Source: Planctomycetota bacterium
GTDB taxonomy: Bacteria > Planctomycetota > UBA1135 > UBA2386
NCBI GenBank assembly: GCA_947501605.1
Contig: CANMWZ010000007.1
Coordinates: 61,921 to 125,920 of the forward strand
Length of the DNA: 64,000 bases
Reading direction: 5' to 3'
The number at the start of each line of letters is the position of its first letter. The stretch's first letter is position 1. Shown here piece after piece: positions 39,248 through 48,637 of the stretch. The translations under genes and the position numbers were made by a program. Below the pieces are notes generated by a model. That model ran no database searches. It was given only the letters and a program-made list of their open reading frames with translations, and was not told where the DNA came from.

Positions 39248-39976
39248 GTGGCGGGCAAGCAAAACCCCAGGGCCGGTGGTCGCTATGGCAACACGCTCTA
39301 CGCCGTCGGCTTTGATCGCGCGTCGGTGATCCCGCGGGTGCTGCACGACGGACGTTGGCTGCGTTATCGCTTGCCCAAAGGTCCGCAGTCGTTTGACCAC
39401 ACCTGGAACACGGAGTGGATGCGGGTGCGCGAAGTCCAGATCGAGCGCTACCTGATGGACGCGTTCGGCACCTTCTTCGAGCTGCCGCCGCTGGTGTACG
39501 GCGGGCACGTGGCCGGCATCCGGCCGATCGCGACGCATCTTCGCATCTGCCCCGACATGGTGTCGTGGCGCGGCTTGTTGGTGCTCGCCGGCGACCAGAC
39601 CGACAACGCCGTGGGGCAACCACAGTCAGGCTTTTGGTTCGGCCACCTCGACGAACTGTGGAGCTGGGGCAAGCCGGCAGGTCAGGGCTCGGTCTGGTGG
39701 CATGACACCGTCAGCCCGGGGCAGTGTTCGGCTCCCTTCTTGATGAACGGCTACGACCAAAAATGCGTGCACGTCGTGAATGGCGGCGAGGCGTCAGCGC
39801 AAGTCGTCCTCGAGGTCGATGTGCTCGGCAACGGCGAGTGGCACGAGTTGCACCACCTTGCGGTGTCCGGCGGCGGCTACGCGCACTTTGAGTTGCCGCA
39901 GGGCTACGGCGCGCAGTGGGCCCGCGCCCGCGCCCAACAAGCGGCCACGCTGACGGTCACGTTCACCTATTCGTGA
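39248..39976 (+). pseudogene. Probable 5'-truncated remnant or hypothetical protein
   Basis: Protein-like sequence begins abruptly at VAGKQNP. The upstream part of the ORF looks non-coding, overlaps the head of the divergent gene, and has no clear RBS. Confidence 0.45.
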
Positions 39977-40000
39977 ACGACGCGCGCGACCGACCCGCGC

Positions 40001-43000
40001 TCAACTTGCCGAGCGACGTCGTGCGCGTGCGACCCAGTCGTGCGCGAGCGCGTGCAGATCCACCGAGTCTTGGGTCTGGGTTGCGAAGTAGCCAGCTTCG
40101 ATGCGCTGCATCGCCGCGGCCAGTTCTTGCACCGTGGCGGCATCGAGCTCGCCGCTCGACTGGATCTGGCGCAGCAGGCCGAGCACCGTGAACGGAGTCA
40201 CGTGCTCCGGCACTTCTAGGCCGGCGATCACCGCGGCCGCCGGTCGGCGGCGCATGGCGAAGCCGAGGCCGATCAAGAGCAGCAGCGCCGCAGCTCCGCC
40301 CGCATACCACGGCCAGTTGGAGCGCGGCGCGCCGTACTGCTCCAGCAAGTCGACGACTGGTTCGGCCGCCACAAGATCGGCATCGGCGTAGCGCTGCCGC
40401 AGCATCGTGGTGCCCTCCCGCTTGGCCGTCGGGAACGAGAACTTCGTCGGCCGCGCCGGCAGGTTCGGTTTCGCCGTCAGCGACAGTGTGAACGTCCGTT
40501 CGGCCAGGATCGTGTCGGTCGCACCGTCCGGGTCAAAGCGAGTGACCATCGGCCCCGAGTCATCGACGTTGCTGACGTCAAAGTCGGAAGGCGCAACGTC
40601 GACGAGGTCCGCGAGCTTCGCCGGCAGGCCGTGCGAGGTCGCCTTGATCTCGAGCACGAGCTTCCCCTGCGCGGCCTGCCGCTCGTCGAGGATCTGCGTG
40701 ATCTCGAGCTTGTCCGACGGGCGCGTGGGCCCTTCCGCTGGCGTCGCATCGATTGCCAGTACGGTGGACTCGATCGGCAGCACGGCGTAGCCCGAGGTGT
40801 CGAGGAAGTCGAGGTCGAGGCGCAGCTGCGGAATGCGGTCCACCTGCGGTCCGCGGGGCTTCAGCATCAGGTAGGCGTAGGGCGTCACGCGCCAGCCGTA
40901 CTGCTCGGTTGCGCGCGAGTGCACGCTGTCGTTCTGGAACGTGACCGAGAGCACGTCGAAGTGCTCGCTGAGCATCTGCTTCGCCATCTCCGCGAACTTG
41001 TCGCGGTAGTTCTCGGTCGGGCGGCCGTAGTTGTACGAGTTCGAGATGTCGTTCTGGTTGCGCAGGTATCGACCAAAGCCGCCTGATTCGCGCTCGATGT
41101 CACGCGTGTGCCGGATCTCGACGAACAGGCCGAATGGCTGGCCGTGGCCGACCTCCGTCGGGCCGTCGACGCGCGCAGTGAGCTCGATCTCGCTGGTGAT
41201 GTCTTTGTAGTAGTCGTAGAGCTTCTTCGCCTCGAAGGCCTGCTTGTGGTCGCCCACGACATCGAGGCCGGCCTTCACATAGCGCAGCTTGACGGCCGGG
41301 TTGAGGCTGCTCATGCGCGTGAACAGCAGGTTGGCGAAGCGCGACATGTGGCGCTCGCTGGCGTCGCCCGGCAACGCCTTGATGCGATCTCTGACGGCGT
41401 CGATTTGCGACTGCACGTGGACGTGTTCGTGGCTGATGTTCTGCAGGTCGCTGCTTCCGAGCGCGGCGTAGAACCAGTGCTCGTAGACCTCCGTCGATTC
41501 CTCCTCCTTCGGCAGGTCGGCGACGACCTTGGCGTAGTTGTCAGCGGCGGCGCTGAAGTCCGCGAACGCGGCGAGGCGCTTCTCGGTGAAGGCGACTTCG
41601 TTGCCGATCTCTCGACGGTAGTCGATCTCGTCGTGTTGCAGCGTGGCACGTGCGAGCAGCAACGACCAATCCCCTTCGTGCTGCGCGAGGCCGCCGTCGA
41701 GGACCGCGCGCGCGACCTGGTAGCCGCGATCGACCTCTGCCTCGATGTCCTTCTGTCGGCGGCGCGTCTTGGCTTTCTCTTGCGTTGCTGGCAACCGCCA
41801 CACCGTCGCGAGATTGGCGCGCATTTGCTGCGCCAGCGCGGCCAGGGTGCGCGGCTTGAGTCCGCCGAGAGAACCGAACACCTGCTCGATCGCCTCGATC
41901 CGGTAAACCTCGGCGCTGCTGTGGCAGGTCGTGAAGGCCTGGGCGAGCAGGTCCTCTGCTGGGCCCTTGATCGGCAGCTTCTTCATTTCTGCGATCCAGT
42001 GCGCGAGGTCCTTGATGTTGCGCTGCTGCTTGCTGCGCGTCAGCGGAATGCCCTCAGCGCGCTGCTCGTAGCCATAGAAGTAGTTGTTGCTGCGGCCCGC
42101 GTTCGGATCGTGGTTGCGCGTCCACACCTTCACGAACTCGTCGACCAGTTCCTTGGCTTGCACGGGGTGGGTCTTGGCGAGCTCTTGGATGTACGGAAAG
42201 GCCTGCGCCTCCTCCTGCATCTTCAGCCACAGTTGCGCCGTCATCATCGCGAACTTGGGCTGCATGCCGGCCTCGAGCTGCGCGACCCACTGTGGCGATG
42301 GCCGCAGGTCGAGGACGTCTGCGACCTTGATCGTCTGGCCGTTGGTGCCGGTCGAGTCGTCGTAGTAGAAGAAGTTGCCGAAGCGGTCGCGGCGCATCGA
42401 CGGGTAGTAGCCACTCGACTGGTCGAACTGGTACGCCGAAGTGGCTTCGCGCAGCCAGTTGTCGGCGAGGATCGAGAGTTGCGTGCGCCACTCGGCGGCG
42501 CGCTCCGGCGCCGCGTGCAGCAGCGCGGCGATCGCGGTCTGCTGGAGTTGCAGCGTGAGCTGGCGGAAGTTCGGGTTCTGCGCCTGCGCGATCGCGGCGT
42601 CGGCAGCTGCGACGCCAATCGACGCGATGATGTCCATGCCGCGCTGCACGTCTTTGGTGAAGCTGCCATCGAGCCAGGACTGGCCGAGTTCCTTGCGCAG
42701 GCGCGGCGCGAGCCCGACGGCGGTCTTGAGCGCCGACTCCTTCTGCTTCTGCTCGACATCGTCGACGGCAAACACGTTCTGCAGCGCTTCCCACGCCTGT
42801 TCGAGCAGAACGGCTTTGCCTTCTTCGTCGTGCTTTGCGATCAGGTGCTGAGCCAACAAGTTGAGGCCCTCGAAGTCCTTGGCGGCGGTGGCGTCGACGA
42901 CCGATGGCAAGAACTGTCCGCTCGCGACCTGCTGGCCGGCACCGAACAGCAGTTTCACGACTTCGCGGCGCGACAGCATCGCACCGTCACCGGTGGCGCT

Positions 43001-44008
43001 CGACACGGCGCCGAGTTGTTCGAGCATCGGTTCGAGCAACAGACCCCGCGTCATCACTTGGCCGAGCACGACACCGAGCGGCAGGAACGCCGCGTCCTCG
43101 CGCTTCGTTGGCGCCGCATCGCACATGCCGAGCACGTCGGTGAAGGCGAAGAAGGGCTTGAGGTTGGGGTCCTGCGGTGGCTGGCCCAACGCGTTCAGCA
43201 TGTGCGTGTAGGCGGCCTTCTTCTCGTCGTCGGTCGGCAGGCTGGCGAGGAAGGCCTTCACCTTGCTCCATTCGCCCAGCGTCACGGCGCGGGCCCACTG
43301 CACCAGTTCCTGGTCGAAGGGATCGACGGCGGGAACGGGGGGTGCGATGCCATTGGGCGGCGGTTGACCGCCGGAAGTCGGTTGCTCGGCGGCGAGCGGA
43401 TCGGGTGCGGTTGCGCCATCGGGAGCGATGGCAATCGGTTGTCCTGTGACCGTGGCTGGCCCGGAGCTGAGGCCCGTGAAGACGAACGGGGAACTCGTCG
43501 CCCCGAGAACGATGCTGTTGGTCGGTTCCTTGCTCTCGCTGGCGACGGGGCCGGCGTTCGGGGCGGCCGCCGCAGGCGGAGTCTCGCCGTTGACGACGCC
43601 CTTCTCTGGCGGTGAGGTCCACGTCCGCAGGATCGTCGTCGGGCGACGGTCGAAGGCGACCTGGGTGATCTTCTGCAGGCGCTCCTGCTTCTTCTGATCC
43701 TGCTCCGCCTTCTTCTGTGCTGCTTCTGCGGCAGCCGTGGCTACCGGATCTTGCGGCGAAGTCGGCGTGGCATTCGCTGGCTGGTTTGGTTGGCCGGGCG
43801 GGGCCGCGTTGACGGGCTGCTGCGTTGTGGGTGCTGCCACCCATAGCGGCTGGCCTGCGGCGCTGGTGGTCCTGGCCGCTCGCAGGGGCATCGCTCCCGC
43901 ACCCGGTGGTGGCGGTGGCGGTTGGATCTGCGCCATGGCCGTAGCCGCGAGCGCGCTGACGAGAAGGGAACGGAGCAGAACGATCGAGGGGAATACCGGC
44001 TTCGTCAT
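40001..44008 (-). CDS. Large secreted/membrane-anchored protein with helical repeats, BatD-like C-terminal region and TM
   Basis: Signal peptide (...AMAQ), Pro/Gln-rich N-terminus, long helical core, beta-rich region, TM WYAGGAAALLLLIGLGFAMRRR, short tail. Confidence 0.8.
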   Translation of the reverse strand: MTKPVFPSIVLLRSLLVSALAATAMAQIQPPPPPPGAGAMPLRAARTTSAAGQPLWVAAPTTQQPVNAAPPGQPNQPANATPTSPQDPVATAAAEAAQKKAEQDQKKQERLQKITQVAFDRRPTTILRTWTSPPEKGVVNGETPPAAAAPNAGPVASESKEPTNSIVLGATSSPFVFTGLSSGPATVTGQPIAIAPDGATAPDPLAAEQPTSGGQPPPNGIAPPVPAVDPFDQELVQWARAVTLGEWSKVKAFLASLPTDDEKKAAYTHMLNALGQPPQDPNLKPFFAFTDVLGMCDAAPTKREDAAFLPLGVVLGQVMTRGLLLEPMLEQLGAVSSATGDGAMLSRREVVKLLFGAGQQVASGQFLPSVVDATAAKDFEGLNLLAQHLIAKHDEEGKAVLLEQAWEALQNVFAVDDVEQKQKESALKTAVGLAPRLRKELGQSWLDGSFTKDVQRGMDIIASIGVAAADAAIAQAQNPNFRQLTLQLQQTAIAALLHAAPERAAEWRTQLSILADNWLREATSAYQFDQSSGYYPSMRRDRFGNFFYYDDSTGTNGQTIKVADVLDLRPSPQWVAQLEAGMQPKFAMMTAQLWLKMQEEAQAFPYIQELAKTHPVQAKELVDEFVKVWTRNHDPNAGRSNNYFYGYEQRAEGIPLTRSKQQRNIKDLAHWIAEMKKLPIKGPAEDLLAQAFTTCHSSAEVYRIEAIEQVFGSLGGLKPRTLAALAQQMRANLATVWRLPATQEKAKTRRRQKDIEAEVDRGYQVARAVLDGGLAQHEGDWSLLLARATLQHDEIDYRREIGNEVAFTEKRLAAFADFSAAADNYAKVVADLPKEEESTEVYEHWFYAALGSSDLQNISHEHVHVQSQIDAVRDRIKALPGDASERHMSRFANLLFTRMSSLNPAVKLRYVKAGLDVVGDHKQAFEAKKLYDYYKDITSEIELTARVDGPTEVGHGQPFGLFVEIRHTRDIERESGGFGRYLRNQNDISNSYNYGRPTENYRDKFAEMAKQMLSEHFDVLSVTFQNDSVHSRATEQYGWRVTPYAYLMLKPRGPQVDRIPQLRLDLDFLDTSGYAVLPIESTVLAIDATPAEGPTRPSDKLEITQILDERQAAQGKLVLEIKATSHGLPAKLADLVDVAPSDFDVSNVDDSGPMVTRFDPDGATDTILAERTFTLSLTAKPNLPARPTKFSFPTAKREGTTMLRQRYADADLVAAEPVVDLLEQYGAPRSNWPWYAGGAAALLLLIGLGFAMRRRPAAAVIAGLEVPEHVTPFTVLGLLRQIQSSGELDAATVQELAAAMQRIEAGYFATQTQDSVDLHALAHDWVARARRRSAS

Positions 44009-44149
44009 CGCGGAGTGTCCATGCTGCCCGCCCGGGTGCAGGCGGCGCGATGCCGGCCCCTCGGGACGCGCTTTTGTGTCGTGGTTCGCGCAGCTTCGAT
44101 TGGAGCGGCGGGGTTCGCCACGGCGGCGCTAGGGTCGCCGTGCGATCCG

Positions 44150-44175
44150 GCGATGCTGCAGGGTGGCAGCATCGC
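44150..44175. repeat. Perfect 10-bp inverted repeat (hairpin) downstream of the extended ORF
   Basis: GCGATGCTGC-agggtg-GCAGCATCGC. A second hairpin CACGGCGGC/GTCGCCGTG lies at 44119-44142. Confidence 0.55.
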
Positions 44176-44217
44176 AGTGGGACCGAGGAGCGGCTGGGAG
44201 CTCCTGAGTGGTGGGTT

Positions 44218-44934
44218 TCAGGACCCGGCGCCGTCGATCGGTGGACCGGAGCTCGCACCGCGAGCGTCCTGTGGCTTCTGACCTTGCTTTGCCTTGTTCT
44301 TGCCTTTCGAGCCGCGACCGCGGCCCTGTCCACAGCCCTCTCATTGAGAGGGTAATGGCAACCCTTGCAAGTCTTCGAGCTCGAGGCGTTCGAGCCGGAT
44401 CGCGGCTTCGAGGTCTTCGCGCGTGTCATCCTGCGCCTTGGCATCGCCACTGCCCTCAGCCGCCTCGGCGAGCAGGCGGTAGTTCTGGCGCGCGGCCTCG
44501 ATCTGCGGTTCCCATTCGGCGCGCGTCTTGCCTTCGAGGCGCAACAGCCACGTCATGTAGAACTGCGAGTTCGCCAGCGCGCGGCGGCTCTCTGCACGCA
44601 GTTCGGGGCTGGTCGCCGGATCGCGATCGAACTCTTCGACCAGCGACTGCAGATCGCGCGCGGCGGTCGGCAGTTCGTTGGCATTCATCTGGGCCTTCGC
44701 ACGTTCGAGTCGCAAGTGGCGGGCTTCCCCGACGCGGTCGCCCGGCAGCTTGCCGATCGCTTCGCCATAGCTCTTCACGGCATCGGCCCAGTCCGAATCC
44801 GCGGCGGCGGATTCCGCGCTCGCCACGAGGCGAGCCACTTCGTCGAGCACGAGCCGGTCCTGGCCCGGCCCGTAGTGGTAGGCGACGCCGGCAACGGGCA
44901 ACGCCAACCATGAGAGCAGCAAGAAGGTACGCAT
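44218..44934 (-). CDS. Exported helical (TPR-like) protein; candidate selenoprotein with UxxC (238 aa if UGA at 44341-44343 is read through, otherwise 197 aa ending at 44341)
   Basis: GGGGAGAGG RBS and N-terminal hydrophobic segment. ...LPLPSQ-TGA-EGC... then 40 open codons to TGA at 44218-44220. SECIS-like hairpin downstream of the UGA. Confidence 0.65.
44309..44326 (-). promoter_or_regulatory. Candidate bacterial SECIS element
   Basis: GGGCCGC-GGUC-GCGGCUC, a 7-bp stem with one G-U pair. Stem starts 14 nt and loop 21 nt after the in-frame UGA. Confidence 0.55.
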
Positions 44935-45062
44935 CGAAAACCTCTCCCCGCGGAAATGGAGTGCCGCGGATGGCGGCGGATCCTACCAGTTGTTCGGTCG
45001 CGAGGGCGGTTCGTGAACAGGGAACTGTGCACCGATCCCGTCTGGAGACGGTCGGTTCGGGT

Positions 45063-45749
45063 TCAGCCGCCGAATCGAGTCCAATACGCGTCGGCGCCGA
45101 GCTCGCGCAGCTGCGGTTCGCGGCCGTAGCCGTAGAGGCAGGCGATCGTACGCAGCCCGGCCGCGCGGCCGGCGTGCAGATCGGCTTCGCCATCGCCAAC
45201 CATGGTGCCGGGCCCCGAAACGTGCGTGGGCGCGGTCCGCCCGTCGCTCGAGTCCGGCAATGGGCAACCCAACTGGCGCAAGGCGAAGAACAGGGGCGCG
45301 GGGTCGGGCTTTTTCTGCGGCAGCGTGTCGCCGCCGACCACGACAGGCAGCAGCTCGGCGAGGCCGAGGTGGCGGACGACGACCACGGCGAAGCGTTCTG
45401 GCTTGTTGGTGACGACTGCCATTCTGTGACCGCGCTCGGCAAGCGCCGTCAGGTAGGTGCGCACACCAGGGTAAAGCCGCGCGGTCTCGGTGCACTGGAG
45501 GTCGTGGTGGGCGACGTAGATCTTCAGCAGGTCGTGCCAGCGCAGATCCTCGTCGCCGTAGCCGAGTTCGGGCAACGCGCGGCGCAGTAGGGTCGAAGCG
45601 CCGCGGCCGATGCAGTTGCGCACGCCCTCTAGCGGCAGCGGCACCAAGCCGCAGGCGGTGCGAACGTGGTTGGTGCTGGCGGCGATATCGCCAATCGTGT
45701 CGGCAAGGGTGCCGTCGAGATCGAACAGGAACGGCGGCGGGTGCGGCAC
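45063..45749 (-). CDS. gph: HAD-superfamily phosphatase (phosphoglycolate phosphatase-like)
   Basis: FDLDGTLADT, VVTNK, KKPDP and MVGDG.ADL motifs. AAGGAG RBS before the GTG start. Confidence 0.85.
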   Translation of the reverse strand: MPHPPPFLFDLDGTLADTIGDIAASTNHVRTACGLVPLPLEGVRNCIGRGASTLLRRALPELGYGDEDLRWHDLLKIYVAHHDLQCTETARLYPGVRTYLTALAERGHRMAVVTNKPERFAVVVVRHLGLAELLPVVVGGDTLPQKKPDPAPLFFALRQLGCPLPDSSDGRTAPTHVSGPGTMVGDGEADLHAGRAAGLRTIACLYGYGREPQLRELGADAYWTRFGG

Positions 45750-45774
45750 CCGCTCCTTATACTGTGCCGCTGTG

Positions 45775-46272
45775 ATGACGCCGCAGCATGTCGTGCTCCT
45801 GGTCTTGTGCCTCTCACTCGCGGCGTGCAGCACGGCCTACGAGTGGCAGGAGTTTCGCAGCGGACCGACGACGCAGGCGGATGTCTACGATGCCATCGAC
45901 ACGTTGGCGCGAGCCGACGGCTTTGGCCCCAGCACCGAGTCCGATCGCGGTCTCGCGGTCTGGGTGTCGCGCTGGCGCGTGCAGCAGTTGGGACTCGGTC
46001 GGCCTGGCCGCCTGCGGCTCCGGGCCGAAATCCTTCTCGACGAGAGCAGTGCCGAGACCGGGTTCACCATCCGCTACTACTTCGAGCGGCAGAAAGTGAA
46101 GGAACTGAAGCACGCGCAGAACCCCCAGGAAGACGATTGGTCCGATGACGGCCAGGATCAGGAGCGCGAGTTCCTGTTCGGGGAGAAGCTCAAGCGTCGT
46201 TTGCCGGCGGTGAAGGTCGAGTCTGAGAGCGAGCCGGACAAGAGCCTGCCGACGTACCGGAGCGGGCGTTGA
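45775..46272 (+). CDS. Hypothetical lipoprotein
   Basis: Lipobox LAAC after a hydrophobic stretch. TATACT -10 hexamer just upstream. Confidence 0.72.
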   Translation: MTPQHVVLLVLCLSLAACSTAYEWQEFRSGPTTQADVYDAIDTLARADGFGPSTESDRGLAVWVSRWRVQQLGLGRPGRLRLRAEILLDESSAETGFTIRYYFERQKVKELKHAQNPQEDDWSDDGQDQEREFLFGEKLKRRLPAVKVESESEPDKSLPTYRSGR

Positions 46273-46473
46273 AGTGCCGCTGCTGTGGGACGATCGAGTA
46301 CGTTCCTCGGTTCCTGCGGTCGCGGCGGTGGACTTCGACTTGCGTTTGCGCCCACCGGCGCACGATCCTAGGTCCATCGTGCGTTCCGCTACTGTCGACT
46401 CCATTGCCCGGACGGACGGGAACTGTCCCCTGTCATCGCCACGGTCCGCCGTAGCGCCAGGCGGGAGGCGCTC

Positions 46474-47709
46474 ATGAAGCCCGAGTTGTCGGTCCTCATC
46501 GTCAACTACAACACCTGGCGCGACTGTGCCCACGCAGTGCAGTCCTTGCGCCGAAACCCGCCAAGACGCCGCGACGGTAGCGCGATGCCGTTCGAGGTCC
46601 TGGTCGTCGACAACAAATCGCCGCGCCGCAGCCAGGAGGAGATCGAACTGGTGCAGCATGCGCTCGCCGACGTTGCGCGCGACCAAGGCGATCCCCAGTC
46701 CGGTCAGTTGATCCTGCACGATGACAACGCGGGCTACAGCAAGGGCGTCAACCTGTGCTATCGCCGGAGTCGCGGGCAGTGGATCCTGGTCAGCAATCCG
46801 GACCTGCTCTTCCCAGTCGGCTGCATCGACAACCTGTTGCGCTACATGGAGACCCACCCCGAATGCGGCTGCGCCGTGCCCAAGGGTTTCTGGGACGAGG
46901 AACTGAAGGGCAAGCTGCCGCCGAACACGCTCCCGACGATGTTCGACTTGCTGGTGGGCTCGGTCGCGGAGTTCTGCCGCCCGTTGCGCCGCGCCTATGG
47001 CAAGCGTCTCGTGCGCTCGTGGCTCCGCATTTGGCAGGCGGACGAGCCGGTCGTGCTGAGGATGATGTCGGGCTGCCTGTTCCTGGTCGATCGCGACTAC
47101 TTTGCCTCGATCGGCCTGATGGACGAGCGCTACCCGCTCTATTACGAGGACGCCGATCTGTCGCGGATGATCGCGAAGTCGGGCAAGCAACTCGTACAAG
47201 TGCCGAACGCGCACCTCGTGCACTTCGTGAACCGCTCGGGGCAGACCGACTTCACGACCATGATGACGCGGCACGACATCAGTCGCGACTTGTACTTCCA
47301 CAAGTGGTACGGCAGCTTGGGGCGATGGGTGCACGCCAAGATCAACACCCTGTTGCGCTCACCGGCGGGCCAGAAGCGCGTTCGCATTCCGCCGGATTCG
47401 CCGTTCGTCGACCTCGGGGCCTCGGCAGAGCCGCCGAGGCTTCAGTTTCGCGCTTGCGAGAAGTACCTGTTGCTCGTGTCCCTTGACTCGCGCTTCCACT
47501 TGAGCGGCGGTCTGATCGGCAGCGGCGACCATTGGACGCCGAGCGCTGCCGTCTACGCCAACTTCAGTCCGACGCTGTACTGGTGTCGCGTCTACGACAT
47601 CAGCGGCGGCAGGCTCGAGCAACTCGGCACGTGGCGGTACGAGTGCCGCCGTGGCTGCGAGCCGTCGCCCGTGCCGAGTGCGGTCGCCAAGACTGCCGCG
47701 ACCACCTAG
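46474..47709 (+). CDS. Glycosyltransferase family 2 with C-terminal extension
   Basis: GGGAGG RBS; LSVLIVNYN, VVDN, NPD and MDERYPLYYEDADL motifs. Confidence 0.9.
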   Translation: MKPELSVLIVNYNTWRDCAHAVQSLRRNPPRRRDGSAMPFEVLVVDNKSPRRSQEEIELVQHALADVARDQGDPQSGQLILHDDNAGYSKGVNLCYRRSRGQWILVSNPDLLFPVGCIDNLLRYMETHPECGCAVPKGFWDEELKGKLPPNTLPTMFDLLVGSVAEFCRPLRRAYGKRLVRSWLRIWQADEPVVLRMMSGCLFLVDRDYFASIGLMDERYPLYYEDADLSRMIAKSGKQLVQVPNAHLVHFVNRSGQTDFTTMMTRHDISRDLYFHKWYGSLGRWVHAKINTLLRSPAGQKRVRIPPDSPFVDLGASAEPPRLQFRACEKYLLLVSLDSRFHLSGGLIGSGDHWTPSAAVYANFSPTLYWCRVYDISGGRLEQLGTWRYECRRGCEPSPVPSAVAKTAATT

Positions 47710-47716
47710 CTCCACC

Positions 47717-48637
47717 ATGGCGCCAGTATTGTCAGTCGTGGTGCTGAGTTGGAACACACGAGCATTGACGCTCGCGTGTCTTGGCGCGTTGTTCGCTGAG
47801 ACCCCGCGTCATGCGCGCGAGGTCATTGTCGTCGACAACGGTAGCCACGATGGCTCAGCGGATGCGATCGCCGCGGCCTTCCCGCAGGTCGTGTTGATCC
47901 GCAACGCCGACAACCGTCTCTATTCGGCGGGCAACAACCAGGGCGCGCGAGCGGGGTCCGGTGAGTTTGTCTGCACGCTCAACTCGGACACCGAAGTGCG
48001 GCCCGGTGCGCTCGACACGCTGGTCGAGTTCTTGCGAGCGAACAGCGACTACGGCGCCGCCGCGCCGATGCTGGTCGACCCCGATGGATCGGTGCAGCGC
48101 GCGTGTCAGCGCTTTCCCACGATCCTGTCGGCGCTCTGCTTCGATTCGTGGTGGGGCAAGTGGTGGCCGGGTTCGTGGGTCCAGCGCCGCTACCTGATGT
48201 TGGACTTCGATCACGTCGCCTCGCGCGACGTGCCGCAACCGCCAGGCGCGTGCTTTTGCATGCGTCGCGAGGAGTACCTGAGCTTTGGCGGACTCGACGA
48301 AGTCTTGTCGCTGTACTACAACGACGTCGACCTCAGCAAGCGACTCTGGCGCGCGGGGCGCAAGGTTCGCTATCTGACTACCGCGGTCGTGATGCACCAT
48401 CGCGGCGCCAGCACCAAGAGCTTCGCCAAGATGCTGGTGCTCTGGCACAAGAACCGCATCGCCTACTACCAGAAGCACTACGGTGCCTTCGGCGGGGTTT
48501 GGATCCACTTCGTGATTCGGCTGCGCATTGCCGAGGAGTGGCTCGCGATCGGTCGTCGCTGCAAGGGCGATCCGGCGCGGCTAGCAGCCGAACGCGCGTT
48601 CTTGCGGCAGGCGCAAAAGGAACTGTGGGCGTCGTGA
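47717..48637 (+). CDS. Glycosyltransferase family 2 (WbbL/rhamnosyltransferase-like)
   Basis: VVDNGSHDGS, LNSD and GGLDE..LYYNDVD motifs. Confidence 0.9.
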   Translation: MAPVLSVVVLSWNTRALTLACLGALFAETPRHAREVIVVDNGSHDGSADAIAAAFPQVVLIRNADNRLYSAGNNQGARAGSGEFVCTLNSDTEVRPGALDTLVEFLRANSDYGAAAPMLVDPDGSVQRACQRFPTILSALCFDSWWGKWWPGSWVQRRYLMLDFDHVASRDVPQPPGACFCMRREEYLSFGGLDEVLSLYYNDVDLSKRLWRAGRKVRYLTTAVVMHHRGASTKSFAKMLVLWHKNRIAYYQKHYGAFGGVWIHFVIRLRIAEEWLAIGRRCKGDPARLAAERAFLRQAQKELWAS

